From: Desulfurococcales archaeon
Lineage (GTDB): Archaea; Thermoproteota; Thermoprotei_A; Sulfolobales; NBVN01
NCBI GenBank assembly: GCA_027083115.1
Contig: JALWQN010000084.1
Location: forward strand, 1-55,875
Length of the DNA stretch: 55,875 bases
Direction: 5' to 3'
The number at the start of each line of letters is the position of its first letter. Position 1 is the first letter of the stretch. Under the pieces are notes generated by a model that was given only the letters and a program-made list of their open reading frames with translations, ran no database searches and had not been told where the DNA came from. This document shows, in pieces, positions 9,394-19,582 of the stretch. A program made the position numbers and the translations under genes.

Positions 9394-11061
9394 TCACTCG
9401 CTTTCTTCCTTGCTTGGACCTTTCTTCTCGGGTTCCTTAACTCTTGATGCAGCAATCACGTCATCGATCCTCAGTATTAGGGTTGCTGCTTCAGTACCTG
9501 CCTTCAGTGCGTTAACCTTAACAGCTAGTGGCTCAATAACACCTAGTTCCTCCATGTTTTCTACCTTGCCCGTGAACACGTTAACTCCGTACTTGTGGCC
9601 GTCCTCTTGATTGTGTGCCTTCCTTAATTCAGAGAGCATGTCTATGGGGTCGAGACCAGCGTTCTCCACTAACGCAGATATGACTCCCTCTAAAGCCTTA
9701 GCGAATGCTTGAACAGCCAGTTGCTCTTTACCGCTTACCTTAGTTGCGTAATCCCTTATGTACTTAGCCACTTCTGCCTCGAAAGCTCCTCCCCCATACA
9801 CTACTTTAGGCTTCTTCAGCACGTCGGCAACGACGCTTAAGGCGTCCCTGAAGGATCTCTCGGCCTCATCAACCATTCTCTCTAGACCGCCTCTAATCAC
9901 TATGCTCACTGCTTTCGGGTCCTTAGTCCCCTCAATGAACACCATCTTGTCCTCTCCTACTTTTCTTTCCTCAACTATTTCTGCGTAGCCTAGGTCGTTC
10001 GCCATGATGTCGTCTATATTAGAGACTATTCTTCCTCCTGTTGCTCTTTCTAGTTTCTCCATGTCTGATCTCTTAACCCTCCTTACTGCCAGTATTCCTT
10101 TCTTCGCTAGGAAGTGCTGAGCCACATCATCAATACCCTTCTGACAAATAACCACGTTAGCACCAGTAGCAGCAATCTTATCAACCATCTCCTTAAGCAT
10201 CCTGGTTTCTTCATCTAGGAACATCTTTATTTGCTCTGGCGATGTAATGTTTATCTTAGCAGTTATTTCGGGCTTCTCTACCTCTAGTGGTGCGTCAATC
10301 AATGCTATCTTAGCCTTCTCAACCCTCTTAGGCATACCAGGATGAACAACCTCCTTATCAAGAACAATACCATAAATCAACTTAGTATCAGCTAATGAGG
10401 CCCCTTTCTTTTTCTCGATCTTTATGTTATCTAGCCTTACATTATAGGTTCCGTCGGGCTTCTTTTCAGCTGCCCGCAATGCTGCCTCAATACTCATGTT
10501 AATCATAGTATCAATTAAGTCAGGAGTAGCTAGATACTTGCTGGCTAGGGTTGAGTACACAACATTATATAATGATCTCTTAGTTTTCTCAAGGCCTTCC
10601 TCAGTAGTTATGTCACCTATATCAACCTTCTCACCTATTTCATCAAGTATCTTGAGAGCTTGATTCTGAGCCCTCTTAAAGCCTTCAATAATTACTGTTG
10701 GGTGAATGTTTTGGTCAAGAAGGGATTCCGCTTTATCGAGCAAGTCCCCAGCTAATACAACAACTGAGGTGGTTCCGTCGCCTACCTCAGCATCAACAGC
10801 CTTAGCAGACTCAACCAACAATTTAGCTGCTGGATGCTGTACCTCCATTTCCTTCACTATAGTTGCTCCATCATTAGTGACGGTAATATCTCCGAAAGAG
10901 TCAACCAACATTTTGTCAAGGCCTCTAGGGCCTAAACTAGTTCTTAGAACTTCAGCCAAAGCTCTAGCAGCAATAATATTGCTTCTTAAGGCTTCTCTTC
11001 CATAAGATCTCTTTGTCCCTTCCTTTAAAATAACTACAGGAACACCATAAACTCCTGCCAT
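9394..11061 (-). CDS. ths: Thermosome (group II chaperonin) subunit
   Basis: [31 protein letters not shown]. Confidence 0.97.
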   Translation of the reverse strand: MAGVYGVPVVILKEGTKRSYGREALRSNIIAARALAEVLRTSLGPRGLDKMLVDSFGDITVTNDGATIVKEMEVQHPAAKLLVESAKAVDAEVGDGTTSVVVLAGDLLDKAESLLDQNIHPTVIIEGFKRAQNQALKILDEIGEKVDIGDITTEEGLEKTKRSLYNVVYSTLASKYLATPDLIDTMINMSIEAALRAAEKKPDGTYNVRLDNIKIEKKKGASLADTKLIYGIVLDKEVVHPGMPKRVEKAKIALIDAPLEVEKPEITAKINITSPEQIKMFLDEETRMLKEMVDKIAATGANVVICQKGIDDVAQHFLAKKGILAVRRVKRSDMEKLERATGGRIVSNIDDIMANDLGYAEIVEERKVGEDKMVFIEGTKDPKAVSIVIRGGLERMVDEAERSFRDALSVVADVLKKPKVVYGGGAFEAEVAKYIRDYATKVSGKEQLAVQAFAKALEGVISALVENAGLDPIDMLSELRKAHNQEDGHKYGVNVFTGKVENMEELGVIEPLAVKVNALKAGTEAATLILRIDDVIAASRVKEPEKKGPSKEESE

Positions 11062-11193
11062 TGCCTACACCATTAATTCATTAATGATGACTTCTATATA
11101 AGCTTTTCTCATAACCTAAAACAAAAAGTTTATAAACTAACCTATGATGCAACACTATTTAATTCTTCCTGAACTATCTGGATTTAGGTTAGA

Positions 11194-11967
11194 ATGATGT
11201 CCGATGCTACCTGCAGGAAAATACAGCCTTTTTACCTAAGGAGATCCTCAGGAGAAAGGCTCTGTCAAAAAAGTTTAGAGAAGTCCTTAATCAAACATGT
11301 AAAGCGTAGTTTTCGGGAGATAAAGAAAGTTAAGCCGGGTTCAACCCTCTGTGTTTTTGTTCCACCAGGTAAGGTTCTGGAAGGAACCGCATTACACCTC
11401 ATGCTTTCATACATAGAAAGGAACTACGGCAGTTTCGTCGTTTCATTCTTCCCAAATTGTTCTAGAGAACCAAGGAATAAGATATTAAAAATCGCCTCAG
11501 GTTTAAGTAACTCAAGAGTTCTCTATTATGATAAAGAAGCAAGTGATTTTCATTCACTCCTCGAACTAATCGATTATTCTGTTAATGTTGCTGCTTTCTA
11601 TTGTAATAAAACAGAAAATAAATTACCTACATTACTTCCATTCACCTTAACAGATATCGTGGAGGGCTTCATTGATTTAATGATTCTCCAGAACAGCATT
11701 AATGGAATGGGCTCATTTAATAAGTTACTAAGTAATTTAAGGTACTTATTACCATTCAATGAAATCTTGCGTTCTGATATTCTTGCTTATGCATACAGTA
11801 AAGGATTTCTTGAGGCACTAGATTTATGCCCTGTTATTTTAGCTAATGGCGTGAGACAAATTAGCGATGTTGTTGCTGAATTGGAGCTTAAGCATAGTGA
11901 ACTACTGTATTCCACATTAAAGTCCGTTAATCAACTTATTAATGTAAGCAACAGACAATCTAGGTAA
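11194..11967 (+). CDS. Degenerate TtuA/NcsA/Ctu1-like protein (PP-loop lost)
   Basis: RRSSGERLC N-terminal motif and LPFNEI..AYA..CP..LELKH C-terminal motif; SGGKDS replaced by PPGKVL. Confidence 0.6.
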   Translation: MMSDATCRKIQPFYLRRSSGERLCQKSLEKSLIKHVKRSFREIKKVKPGSTLCVFVPPGKVLEGTALHLMLSYIERNYGSFVVSFFPNCSREPRNKILKIASGLSNSRVLYYDKEASDFHSLLELIDYSVNVAAFYCNKTENKLPTLLPFTLTDIVEGFIDLMILQNSINGMGSFNKLLSNLRYLLPFNEILRSDILAYAYSKGFLEALDLCPVILANGVRQISDVVAELELKHSELLYSTLKSVNQLINVSNRQSR

Positions 11968-12007
11968 GCAATTATTTATTTATCACCACCTATAACTAAG
12001 TGTAGAG

Positions 12008-12430
12008 GTGCTTAACTTGCCTTTAAGAGAAAACATAATAGACAGTAGGCTCTCAGGTAGAGAAATTCGTATAAAAGTCTTAGGTCAAGACCAAGAAATT
12101 AAAGGAATCATTGATGAAGTAGCTAGGTACGAAATCGGGTTAAGATCAGAAAATAAAGCTATTGTGGTGTTTAGGCACTCAATACTTTATGCCGTGGTTA
12201 ATTCTGCAGATCTCCACGGCTACAGTAATGAAAGGCTGAACGACACAGTAATAAATTCAGATATGATAGGCACTGAGTTAGAGCTGCATCTAATTAGCGG
12301 AGAATCAGTAAGTGGTAAGCTAATGAAGATCTCGAAGTATGAGCTGGGACTAACTAAAGGTGATGAAGGAGTTGTTATTCCTAAGTCAGGAATTGCTTAC
12401 GCAGTAATAGAGGAAAAAGAGAGCGAATAA
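12008..12430 (+). CDS. Tandem Hfq/Sm-like domain protein
   Basis: Two repeats: IKGIIDEVARYEIGL..VVFRHSILY and VSGKLMKISKYELGL..VIPKSGIAY. Confidence 0.72.
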   Translation: MLNLPLRENIIDSRLSGREIRIKVLGQDQEIKGIIDEVARYEIGLRSENKAIVVFRHSILYAVVNSADLHGYSNERLNDTVINSDMIGTELELHLISGESVSGKLMKISKYELGLTKGDEGVVIPKSGIAYAVIEEKESE

Positions 12431-12432
12431 CT

Positions 12433-12771
12433 TCACTGACCCTCCTCCGAATCCCTCCTTAATCTAAACCTAATTAACTTGACCTCAGTGGATTCAGACA
12501 AGCCCCTATTCCCGTAGATCATCTTTAGGGTCTTAACTAACTCATCCCTATTACTAAAGCCATCCCTAAGAGCATCCTCATCAGTTAGTTCCCTTACTTT
12601 CTTTACCTCAACTTCCTTAATTTTTGCAGTGCCTAACCAAATTCCTCCTGCATACAACTCCACCTCATCGCCTGCCTTCAGGGAACTGGTCAACCTAACC
12701 GTAGAGGTTTTCTTACCGCTAATGATGTCTGCAGCATATTCCTTCTTAAATATTAGTCTTTTCCTCCCCAC
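12433..12771 (-). CDS. ASCH-domain protein
   Basis: IISGKKTSTVR (GxKxxTxR), DALRDGF. Confidence 0.9.
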   Translation of the reverse strand: MGRKRLIFKKEYAADIISGKKTSTVRLTSSLKAGDEVELYAGGIWLGTAKIKEVEVKKVRELTDEDALRDGFSNRDELVKTLKMIYGNRGLSESTEVKLIRFRLRRDSEEGQ

Positions 12772-12833
12772 AGCACCCGCACCCTCAGGGTTTTTAATTA
12801 AGTTCTTTATATTAGTTTCAAGAGGTCTCTAGA

Positions 12834-13511
12834 ATGCTTAAGGTTTTCAGGAAGTTACTGACGGCTGGTGAGGAGAACCTATTTAATAAGCTTGTGACCC
12901 ACACAGAACTCTCAGTTAAGTCGATGAAGATAGTTACCGAACTAATTAAGGGAGGGATATCCGGACCTGAAGTCGAGGCTTCCGTCCTAGAGGTAGTGAC
13001 GAACGAAAAAACAGGCGATAAAATTACTGCAGAACTAGTTAACTTAGTATCTAGGGGTGCAGTACCCTTACCTTTGCTTGGAGATATTGAGGCATTAATA
13101 GATAAAGTAGACGATATATTGGACCTAATTTACTTTTTGGCCACAGAATGCGGTAGAGCCTACAGAGCAGAACTTCATCAAAACGCTTACGTTAGAGAAA
13201 TGTATGAGGACTTCTATAAAACCGCAGTGATAGTTCTTAAGTCACTCGATTCCTTGAAGGAGGAATTGAAGATAGCGTTAAAAGATTTCGGCAAACTTCA
13301 ATCGTTAAATGATCGGATCGACGTATATGAGGATAAGGTAGATGAGCTGAAGAGCTCTATGCTTGATAAGCTATACAGCTTTAAGGGAGAGATTGACGCA
13401 ATTTCATTCAATCACCTTGTAGAGATGATTAGAAGCATGGACACAATTGTTGACTCCTGCGAGGATGCGTCACACCTCCTCATAAGGGTCATTAGTTCGA
13501 TGTTTTACTGA
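12834..13511 (+). CDS. DUF47/PhoU-like phosphate transport regulator
   Basis: EKTGD, DDILD, EDKVD, DSCED repeats; upstream of a Pit-like gene. Confidence 0.88.
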   Translation: MLKVFRKLLTAGEENLFNKLVTHTELSVKSMKIVTELIKGGISGPEVEASVLEVVTNEKTGDKITAELVNLVSRGAVPLPLLGDIEALIDKVDDILDLIYFLATECGRAYRAELHQNAYVREMYEDFYKTAVIVLKSLDSLKEELKIALKDFGKLQSLNDRIDVYEDKVDELKSSMLDKLYSFKGEIDAISFNHLVEMIRSMDTIVDSCEDASHLLIRVISSMFY

Positions 13512-13527
13512 GTAACTAACTTAGTTC

Positions 13528-14466
13528 ATGCTGGTGAATGAATTGCTATATGCAGTGCTGGTTGAAGCCCTATATGCTGTAGTTGTTGCAGTGGCTGTAG
13601 GCAATAACATGGGCGTGATTGTTGGGCCTTCAGCAGGCTCTCGAATCCTTAAGGAAGGGGCCTTAACGGGTCTATCTATTGCTGGCTTAATAATCGGTTA
13701 TTTTCTTGAGGGTTGGAAGCTCAAGACAGCAACTAACTTAAGTCCCTACACCATCTTCGTGAGCTTTGTTCTTGCTTTGCTTATTTTGGCTTTATTAACT
13801 TTAGAAGGGTTTGTCACATCCATTACTCAAGTTTTTGTCGGGATTTATATTGGGTACTTAATTTACGCTGGCGAAACCTCAGAATACTCAGCAATAATCA
13901 ATATAGGGGTGTATTGGGTCATTACTTTCTCGCTTTCGGTCGCGATCTCTTACCTCTTCATGAGGAGCATAGGAGGAAAGAAAGGAAATGTATTAATCAC
14001 TAACTTACTTACCCTTAAGTTAGTAAGCATATCCTTAGTTTTTCTTACAGCCTATACCTTAGGTGCTAACACAATAGGGTTTATTGCTGGCTTTCTAAAT
14101 CCACTAACTAATTATGAGAACTTAATGCTCATTACAGTTACAGGCGTAATACTTGGCGTTTTCATGATTAAAGGGAGTAAAGGAATTAGTAAGTTAGGAA
14201 GTAGCTTTTATGGATTAAGATATACTAGCGCCATAGTACCCTATATTTCTACCTTATTACTAACTGAGATAGGAACACAGCTATCTGTTCCTTTACCGAT
14301 GTCGATATCCATATTCTCAGGAATCTTAGGTGTGGCTGCAGGCATGAAATTAAGGTTACTAAGCTCTAGGCAGGTTTTAGCCTACATAATTATTAGTTGG
14401 GTAATCCCCTTATTTTTAGCAATAGCTTTATCATACTTTACTTTCTGGGTTCTCAGTCTTGCCTAA
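13528..14466 (+). CDS. PiT-family inorganic phosphate transporter (divergent)
   Basis: Multi-TM; VGNNMG and LGANT signature remnants. Confidence 0.75.
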   Translation: MLVNELLYAVLVEALYAVVVAVAVGNNMGVIVGPSAGSRILKEGALTGLSIAGLIIGYFLEGWKLKTATNLSPYTIFVSFVLALLILALLTLEGFVTSITQVFVGIYIGYLIYAGETSEYSAIINIGVYWVITFSLSVAISYLFMRSIGGKKGNVLITNLLTLKLVSISLVFLTAYTLGANTIGFIAGFLNPLTNYENLMLITVTGVILGVFMIKGSKGISKLGSSFYGLRYTSAIVPYISTLLLTEIGTQLSVPLPMSISIFSGILGVAAGMKLRLLSSRQVLAYIIISWVIPLFLAIALSYFTFWVLSLA

Positions 14467-16476
14467 TGCCTTCATTCTCGAGACTCTGTATTGCTTAACT
14501 AAGTTCTCAAGCTTAGTTAGGTTCAGTCTATTTTTCTCTTCCTGCTTCCTCCTTAATTCATTAATTAACTCAGAAGCCTTATTGAGCTTCTCTAAGGCCC
14601 CACTATCAACGATATTGATGCAAGAACCAAAGCTCCACACCTTCCTAACTGTAGCCGTAGGTATCTGCTTCTCCCTCAGAAGATATTCAACAAAATCTTC
14701 TTTGCCTGGAGGCAACAACAAGAGAATTCCATTCTTTTTGATTTTTAAGTAAGCGTCTTCACTTAAGGTATTGGGATTGTCCAAATAATAAATGCTTCGC
14801 TTCAGTGACTCACTAGCGACGCAACCAGCCCTCAAAGACGGAATTAACCTAAGTTCGCCTAAAAGTATGCCCTCCAATAATTTGGCATAATCCCTTAATA
14901 GCTTCTCCTTTCTTTGATTCTCGGTCTCTAGCCTAAGTATATGTTGCTCAAGATTATTGAGACGTTGCAATAACTCCTTAACTTTTCTGTCTTTCATTAC
15001 CCGCTCATTAATTTCTGTGTTTATTTTAGCTATCTCGGTAGAGAGCTCCTTCACTCTCTCACTAAGGAGGGCCGCCTTCACTTTATAGATATCTCTTTCT
15101 TTAGTTACTTCGTCAAGTTTCTGTAGAAGGGCATTCTGAAGTTCCTCCACCTTTTCGTTCTTACCTTGAGCACCTCTGAGAGCTCCTGCAAAGGAATTGC
15201 TTGAATTCGCTAAAGAGCTCTCCCTTACGGCATCATTGATTATGTCCTCTATTATCGACGATAAAGACTCATCATAAAGTATTCTTGCCTTATATTCCTC
15301 TATAGACTTAAGACCAACAGGTAGATTCATAGAACGCACTTTCTTAACTAACTTCTTTAGTTTTTCTTCATAAACCCGGTACGCCTTCACAGCAGCTGAT
15401 AGAGCATCTCTTTCGTGAGTGTTTCTTACTGTAATCCCATGCTTCCTGCTGAAGTCAGCTGAAATTAACTCTTTTTCACCCGTTGTTAATGATCTCGAAG
15501 GGCAGTAGAGTTGTGCTTTCAGCATAGAGGCTAACTTCCTTACCATTTCTGGCGGGGGATTCTTATCTGTAGCCACAACCAACGGCTTCCCGAACTTCAC
15601 AAGCAGTGAAGCTATATCTTCTCGGTCCAGGGATTTCCCTGAAGTAATCAATATTGGTTTGCCCTCTAGGTCTAGAGCCACCAAACCTATCTTAATCCCT
15701 GGATCATAACCAACAACCAGGTGCTTAGATTGGGCTTTCCCGTAACTCATTGAGAAAATTTCTTTATTTATGACTGGACGTATTCTAACAGTAACGTCCT
15801 TGCCTTTGGCTTTCTTAATGAGGCCGTAGAGCTTATCTCTCGGAGAGTACACTATGAAGTATGCCTTATCAACTCCTCCCTTACTCCTCCTAATCATTAA
15901 ATCATAATCGATTCCAGCTTTATCTAACTCTTCCTTAATCCTTTTCACTGCCTGAGCAACAACGCTCCTAAGATTCCTCCTAAATTTATCTGAACGCGAT
16001 CCTCCAGCATACCCACTTCTACCAGCATAGACACTTATCTTGACCTTATCCTTGAATACCTTAAGCCTTTCGCCAATGCCTTGACCGGCTAGGAATGCAA
16101 GCATAACTGCTGTCTTAACAGCGTTCGGCTTTTCCTTACTTAAGGAAGCATCCATTCTGGAAGATAGTTCCTTAAGACTTACACCCTTTCTTCTCTCTAG
16201 CGTAACCTGAACGATTTCGGTATCAGGAGGAAGCAACCTCAGAATTTTTAATACGCCCTTTTTATTTCCTCCTAACTCCATAAGGTTATCTACCGCAAGA
16301 ATAGAAGGTCTGTTCTCCCATAACAACCTGATTAGCCTACCTAAAGAGCCCTCATCAACCCTCAGAACCCTACCATCCCTCACCAGGGCCAGAGCATACA
16401 CATAACTTGATAGATCGTTACCTCCGTTCTTAATTATATCAGCCCCCACCACTACCTTACTCTGATCAGACTTCAT
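14431..16476 (-). CDS. DUF460 protein (RNase H-like domains plus coiled coil)
   Basis: VGYDPG, VATD..P, HERDALSAA; probable start MKSDQ. Confidence 0.85.
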   Translation of the reverse strand: MKSDQSKVVVGADIIKNGGNDLSSYVYALALVRDGRVLRVDEGSLGRLIRLLWENRPSILAVDNLMELGGNKKGVLKILRLLPPDTEIVQVTLERRKGVSLKELSSRMDASLSKEKPNAVKTAVMLAFLAGQGIGERLKVFKDKVKISVYAGRSGYAGGSRSDKFRRNLRSVVAQAVKRIKEELDKAGIDYDLMIRRSKGGVDKAYFIVYSPRDKLYGLIKKAKGKDVTVRIRPVINKEIFSMSYGKAQSKHLVVGYDPGIKIGLVALDLEGKPILITSGKSLDREDIASLLVKFGKPLVVATDKNPPPEMVRKLASMLKAQLYCPSRSLTTGEKELISADFSRKHGITVRNTHERDALSAAVKAYRVYEEKLKKLVKKVRSMNLPVGLKSIEEYKARILYDESLSSIIEDIINDAVRESSLANSSNSFAGALRGAQGKNEKVEELQNALLQKLDEVTKERDIYKVKAALLSERVKELSTEIAKINTEINERVMKDRKVKELLQRLNNLEQHILRLETENQRKEKLLRDYAKLLEGILLGELRLIPSLRAGCVASESLKRSIYYLDNPNTLSEDAYLKIKKNGILLLLPPGKEDFVEYLLREKQIPTATVRKVWSFGSCINIVDSGALEKLNKASELINELRRKQEEKNRLNLTKLENLVKQYRVSRMKALGKTENPESKV

Positions 16477-17350
16477 CAATCTCTCCCTTGACGAAACGTA
16501 AGGCATCCCTGAAGTCAATAACTACACCGTAACGGCGCTTAAAGAAGTTAATGAGGTACTTAATGTCTCTTTCAAGCAATGACGCATGACAAGGGTCATC
16601 AACATAAAGGTATTGTGGCCAATCAATAATATAGGGCTTTTCTTCATTACCTTGCTTACTGACGATAATATTATACTCACTTAAGTCACCATGAACTACC
16701 TTCACTTTAATATAAGCAACCCTAAGAACATTCAGGATCTTTCTCAGAATACCTAAGGGGTCTGACGGAGAAAAATATTTTTGAAGCTCTATACCCACGA
16801 TATATTCCATTACAACAGCATGATGGCTGCGCCCGAAGACTTTAGGTACGTAATCGGTGTATTCAGAAAGAATCCTTAACGCATTAAACTCCCTTTCAGC
16901 TGCAGTAATGGACCTAACCATCCAGTTCATCTTATCAACCAAGTAGCTTCGGCGACGCAAAACTTTCTGGAAACTTGTTCTGCCTATTCTGTAGAACTTT
17001 ATGGCTACAGAATTGCCTTCCAATGTTACTGCGTTATATATGTCGCTTTCCTTTCCTGTGCCTATTTGGGTACCTATAGCAGATATTATGCCTTTAAGCA
17101 TCATTGAGTGAATAGCTAATAGATCAAGACCTAAAAAAGTTATTTTATATGAGGAACCCCGACCCTTAATTAAGGCATTTATCTTCCCTAACCTCAGAAT
17201 AGATCGTCCTAGCTTTTTTGGAGGGACCTTGACCTTCTTTTCCAGTATTTCTAAAGGAACGTATTCGTACTTGCTAATTAATGAAGCCATTGCCTTAAGC
17301 ACTAAGAACTCATCCATCCCTAAAGTCCTGTAGAGTTTACTTAAATCCAA
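16466..17350 (-). CDS. rio2: RIO2 kinase
   Basis: N-terminal wHTH, GTGKES, RIGRTSF, HGDLSEYN, IDWPQ. Confidence 0.93.
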   Translation of the reverse strand: MDLSKLYRTLGMDEFLVLKAMASLISKYEYVPLEILEKKVKVPPKKLGRSILRLGKINALIKGRGSSYKITFLGLDLLAIHSMMLKGIISAIGTQIGTGKESDIYNAVTLEGNSVAIKFYRIGRTSFQKVLRRRSYLVDKMNWMVRSITAAEREFNALRILSEYTDYVPKVFGRSHHAVVMEYIVGIELQKYFSPSDPLGILRKILNVLRVAYIKVKVVHGDLSEYNIIVSKQGNEEKPYIIDWPQYLYVDDPCHASLLERDIKYLINFFKRRYGVVIDFRDALRFVKGEIDEV

Positions 17351-17388
17351 ACTTATCCTTTAGTATATTATGAATTAAGCCTAAAAAA

Positions 17389-17443
17389 TCAGCCACCGAC
17401 CCTTCATCACTGAACGAGCTCAGTCCCGGGTTTCACTCATCAT
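17389..17443 (-). ncRNA. C/D box sRNA
   Basis: ATGATGA-gtgaaacccggga-CTGA-gctcgttca-GTGATGA-agggtcggtgg-CTGA; intergenic. Confidence 0.9.
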
Positions 17444-17485
17444 TTCACAGTTGTTAATTTCTAGGCCATAATGGATGATATACTG

Positions 17486-18712
17486 CTAGAAAAGCATGAC
17501 TTTTCCTCCCAGTATATCATCCGTTAATTTAACGATTTTAGATATTTCATCATTAATAATTTCCTCAACCTCAGACTTCACTGCAGAAAACTCTTGAGGC
17601 CCGTCCGTAAGTATTTTTGCAACAGCAACTTGAGGTTGGTCTATTGGGGCACCAATCCTAGAAAGTATTTCCACATAAACTTCATTAACTTTAGGTTCTT
17701 CCTCAATTATTTTGTTTGCTATTTTCTGAGCTAACACGTTATATAGCTTTCCTACATGACTAACAGGATTCTTTCCTGCAGTAGCTTCAAGACTCATGGG
17801 TCTTAAAGGGGTTATTAAGCCATTAGCTCTATTTCCCCTGCCTGTCATTCCGTCATCACCATGTTCTGCAGAAGTCCCTGTAACCGTTAGGTAGGCAATA
17901 CCTTTGTCAGGGTTGTCTGCAGCATTTACTATAGCCTCCACCTCATACTCAGGAGCTATTTCACTAGCCAAATCCAGTATCTTGTTATGCACTTCCTCCT
18001 TAACAGATAGATAATGATCCATGTCCTTAACTAGCATAGATATCATTGCGGCAGCCACAGTTAACTTAATCTTCTTATCGCTCCTTAAACCCATAACCTT
18101 AACGTCCTCGCCAACTTCAGGATATTTCTCCTTAAACTCCCTAGAGTTAAGGTATCTCTCCGTATTGAGAACCAGTCGCTCCAGCTTAGAGAGGGGCGCA
18201 AAGCTAACACCAAAGCTTGTGTCATTAGCTAACGGAGTGCTTGCCTCCCCTAACTCAAAAACACCCACTAAGTCTTGACTTCCACTCCTAACTAAGTAAT
18301 CAATTTTGACATGCCGGTCAGGATCAAGAAACCTTAGGTTCTTCTTAATCCATTCCTTAACCGCACCGACTATTAGAGTCCCTATAGGTACTCTATCCAG
18401 GGTCCCGTCCTTCATGAACACATATTCAGTAGCTCTACCAGAAACTATAATAGTTATTGGATGAAGGAGTTCACCACCACCAAAGTAGGGCTTGGCCTGA
18501 CCACCCACTAACAGTACCTTATCTAAGTTATGATGAAGTATGTGACCATAATTCCTTCTATAATATTTCGATAAAGCCACACTCGAAACTTCTGAGGCTG
18601 AGTCAGCAATGTAATCAGGATGACCGACACCCTTTCTTTCCACTAACTCAACAGTTTGCTTCTCTACAGGGGTCCAGCTAATGAATTCCACCTGTATGTT
18701 GCGATTCATCAT
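17486..18712 (-). CDS. mat: S-adenosylmethionine synthetase (archaeal)
   Basis: [31 protein letters not shown]. Confidence 0.96.
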   Translation of the reverse strand: MMNRNIQVEFISWTPVEKQTVELVERKGVGHPDYIADSASEVSSVALSKYYRRNYGHILHHNLDKVLLVGGQAKPYFGGGELLHPITIIVSGRATEYVFMKDGTLDRVPIGTLIVGAVKEWIKKNLRFLDPDRHVKIDYLVRSGSQDLVGVFELGEASTPLANDTSFGVSFAPLSKLERLVLNTERYLNSREFKEKYPEVGEDVKVMGLRSDKKIKLTVAAAMISMLVKDMDHYLSVKEEVHNKILDLASEIAPEYEVEAIVNAADNPDKGIAYLTVTGTSAEHGDDGMTGRGNRANGLITPLRPMSLEATAGKNPVSHVGKLYNVLAQKIANKIIEEEPKVNEVYVEILSRIGAPIDQPQVAVAKILTDGPQEFSAVKSEVEEIINDEISKIVKLTDDILGGKVMLF

Positions 18713-18863
18713 TTTTCAGTACCTAAGATGAGGGGGGCTCTCTTAAATTAAGTTTTTTTATTCGATTTAATGCCTAACTTAATTTGGATACTGCCCTCCA
18801 CAAAACCGGAAAGTTATCTAAATCATGCAGTAGTAGCGACAAAGCTGTCGAGATTCTTGAACA

Positions 18864-19130
18864 CTAACTTCTTTGGTAATTAATGACTATGTAAAGTATT
18901 TGGCTCCCCCTAATTAATACGGTACCGTACTTAGCTACAGGTTCCTTACTCTCTTCAGAAATTTCTTCACAATCAACCATGACTATATTCATAGTTGGGT
19001 CTGTCATGATTAAACGACCTATATAGCTCCTGCCGTCCTTAACCTTAACCAGCACATCCTTATTTACGGAGGATCTCAGCGTCTTTAATGGGCTCTCCCC
19101 TCTCTGAAATGACATTAAACCACCTCTCAA
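18864..19130 (-). CDS. Sm-like archaeal protein (SmAP1/2)
   Basis: Sm1 (G.L...D..MN) and Sm2 (LIRGSQI) motifs. Confidence 0.92.
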   Translation of the reverse strand: MRGGLMSFQRGESPLKTLRSSVNKDVLVKVKDGRSYIGRLIMTDPTMNIVMVDCEEISEESKEPVAKYGTVLIRGSQILYIVINYQRS

Positions 19131-19262
19131 CTTACCTTGAAGGAGTAGATATTTAAGCTTTAGGTTAGCGGCCTATGTAAAAGAGGGTTTGTTAATTGAG
19201 AAAGGCCGTACCTTAATCGAAGGTTCAGCTTTAATTAAGGCAGGAAATACTTTATTTTTAGG

Positions 19263-19535
19263 GTGCTTAAGGTGATTGACAAGGGGAAAGTTAGGGTTGG
19301 TAACAAACCCTTGAACGACTACTTGATTTCCGCTGCACTACTGTTTAATCAGGGTGCCAGTAAAGTTGTTTTGGTGGGTAAAGGAAATAACATATCGAAG
19401 GCCGTAGCTCTCTACAATACCTTAAAGGACAGGATGGGCGAAGCAATAAAATTAAGGGACGTTAGAATAGGAAGTGAGGAAGTCAAAGGCAAGATTGTCT
19501 CATTCATAGAAATAGAAGTTGAGAGGAACTACTGA
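19263..19535 (+). CDS. Alba paralogue (Alba2-like)
   Basis: VGNKPLNDY, GNNISKAV, IGSE, IEIEV. Confidence 0.8.
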   Translation: MLKVIDKGKVRVGNKPLNDYLISAALLFNQGASKVVLVGKGNNISKAVALYNTLKDRMGEAIKLRDVRIGSEEVKGKIVSFIEIEVERNY

Positions 19536-19582
19536 ACCACGGCAAAAACTCTGTCCTTACTTCACTTAATTATCAAAAAAGG

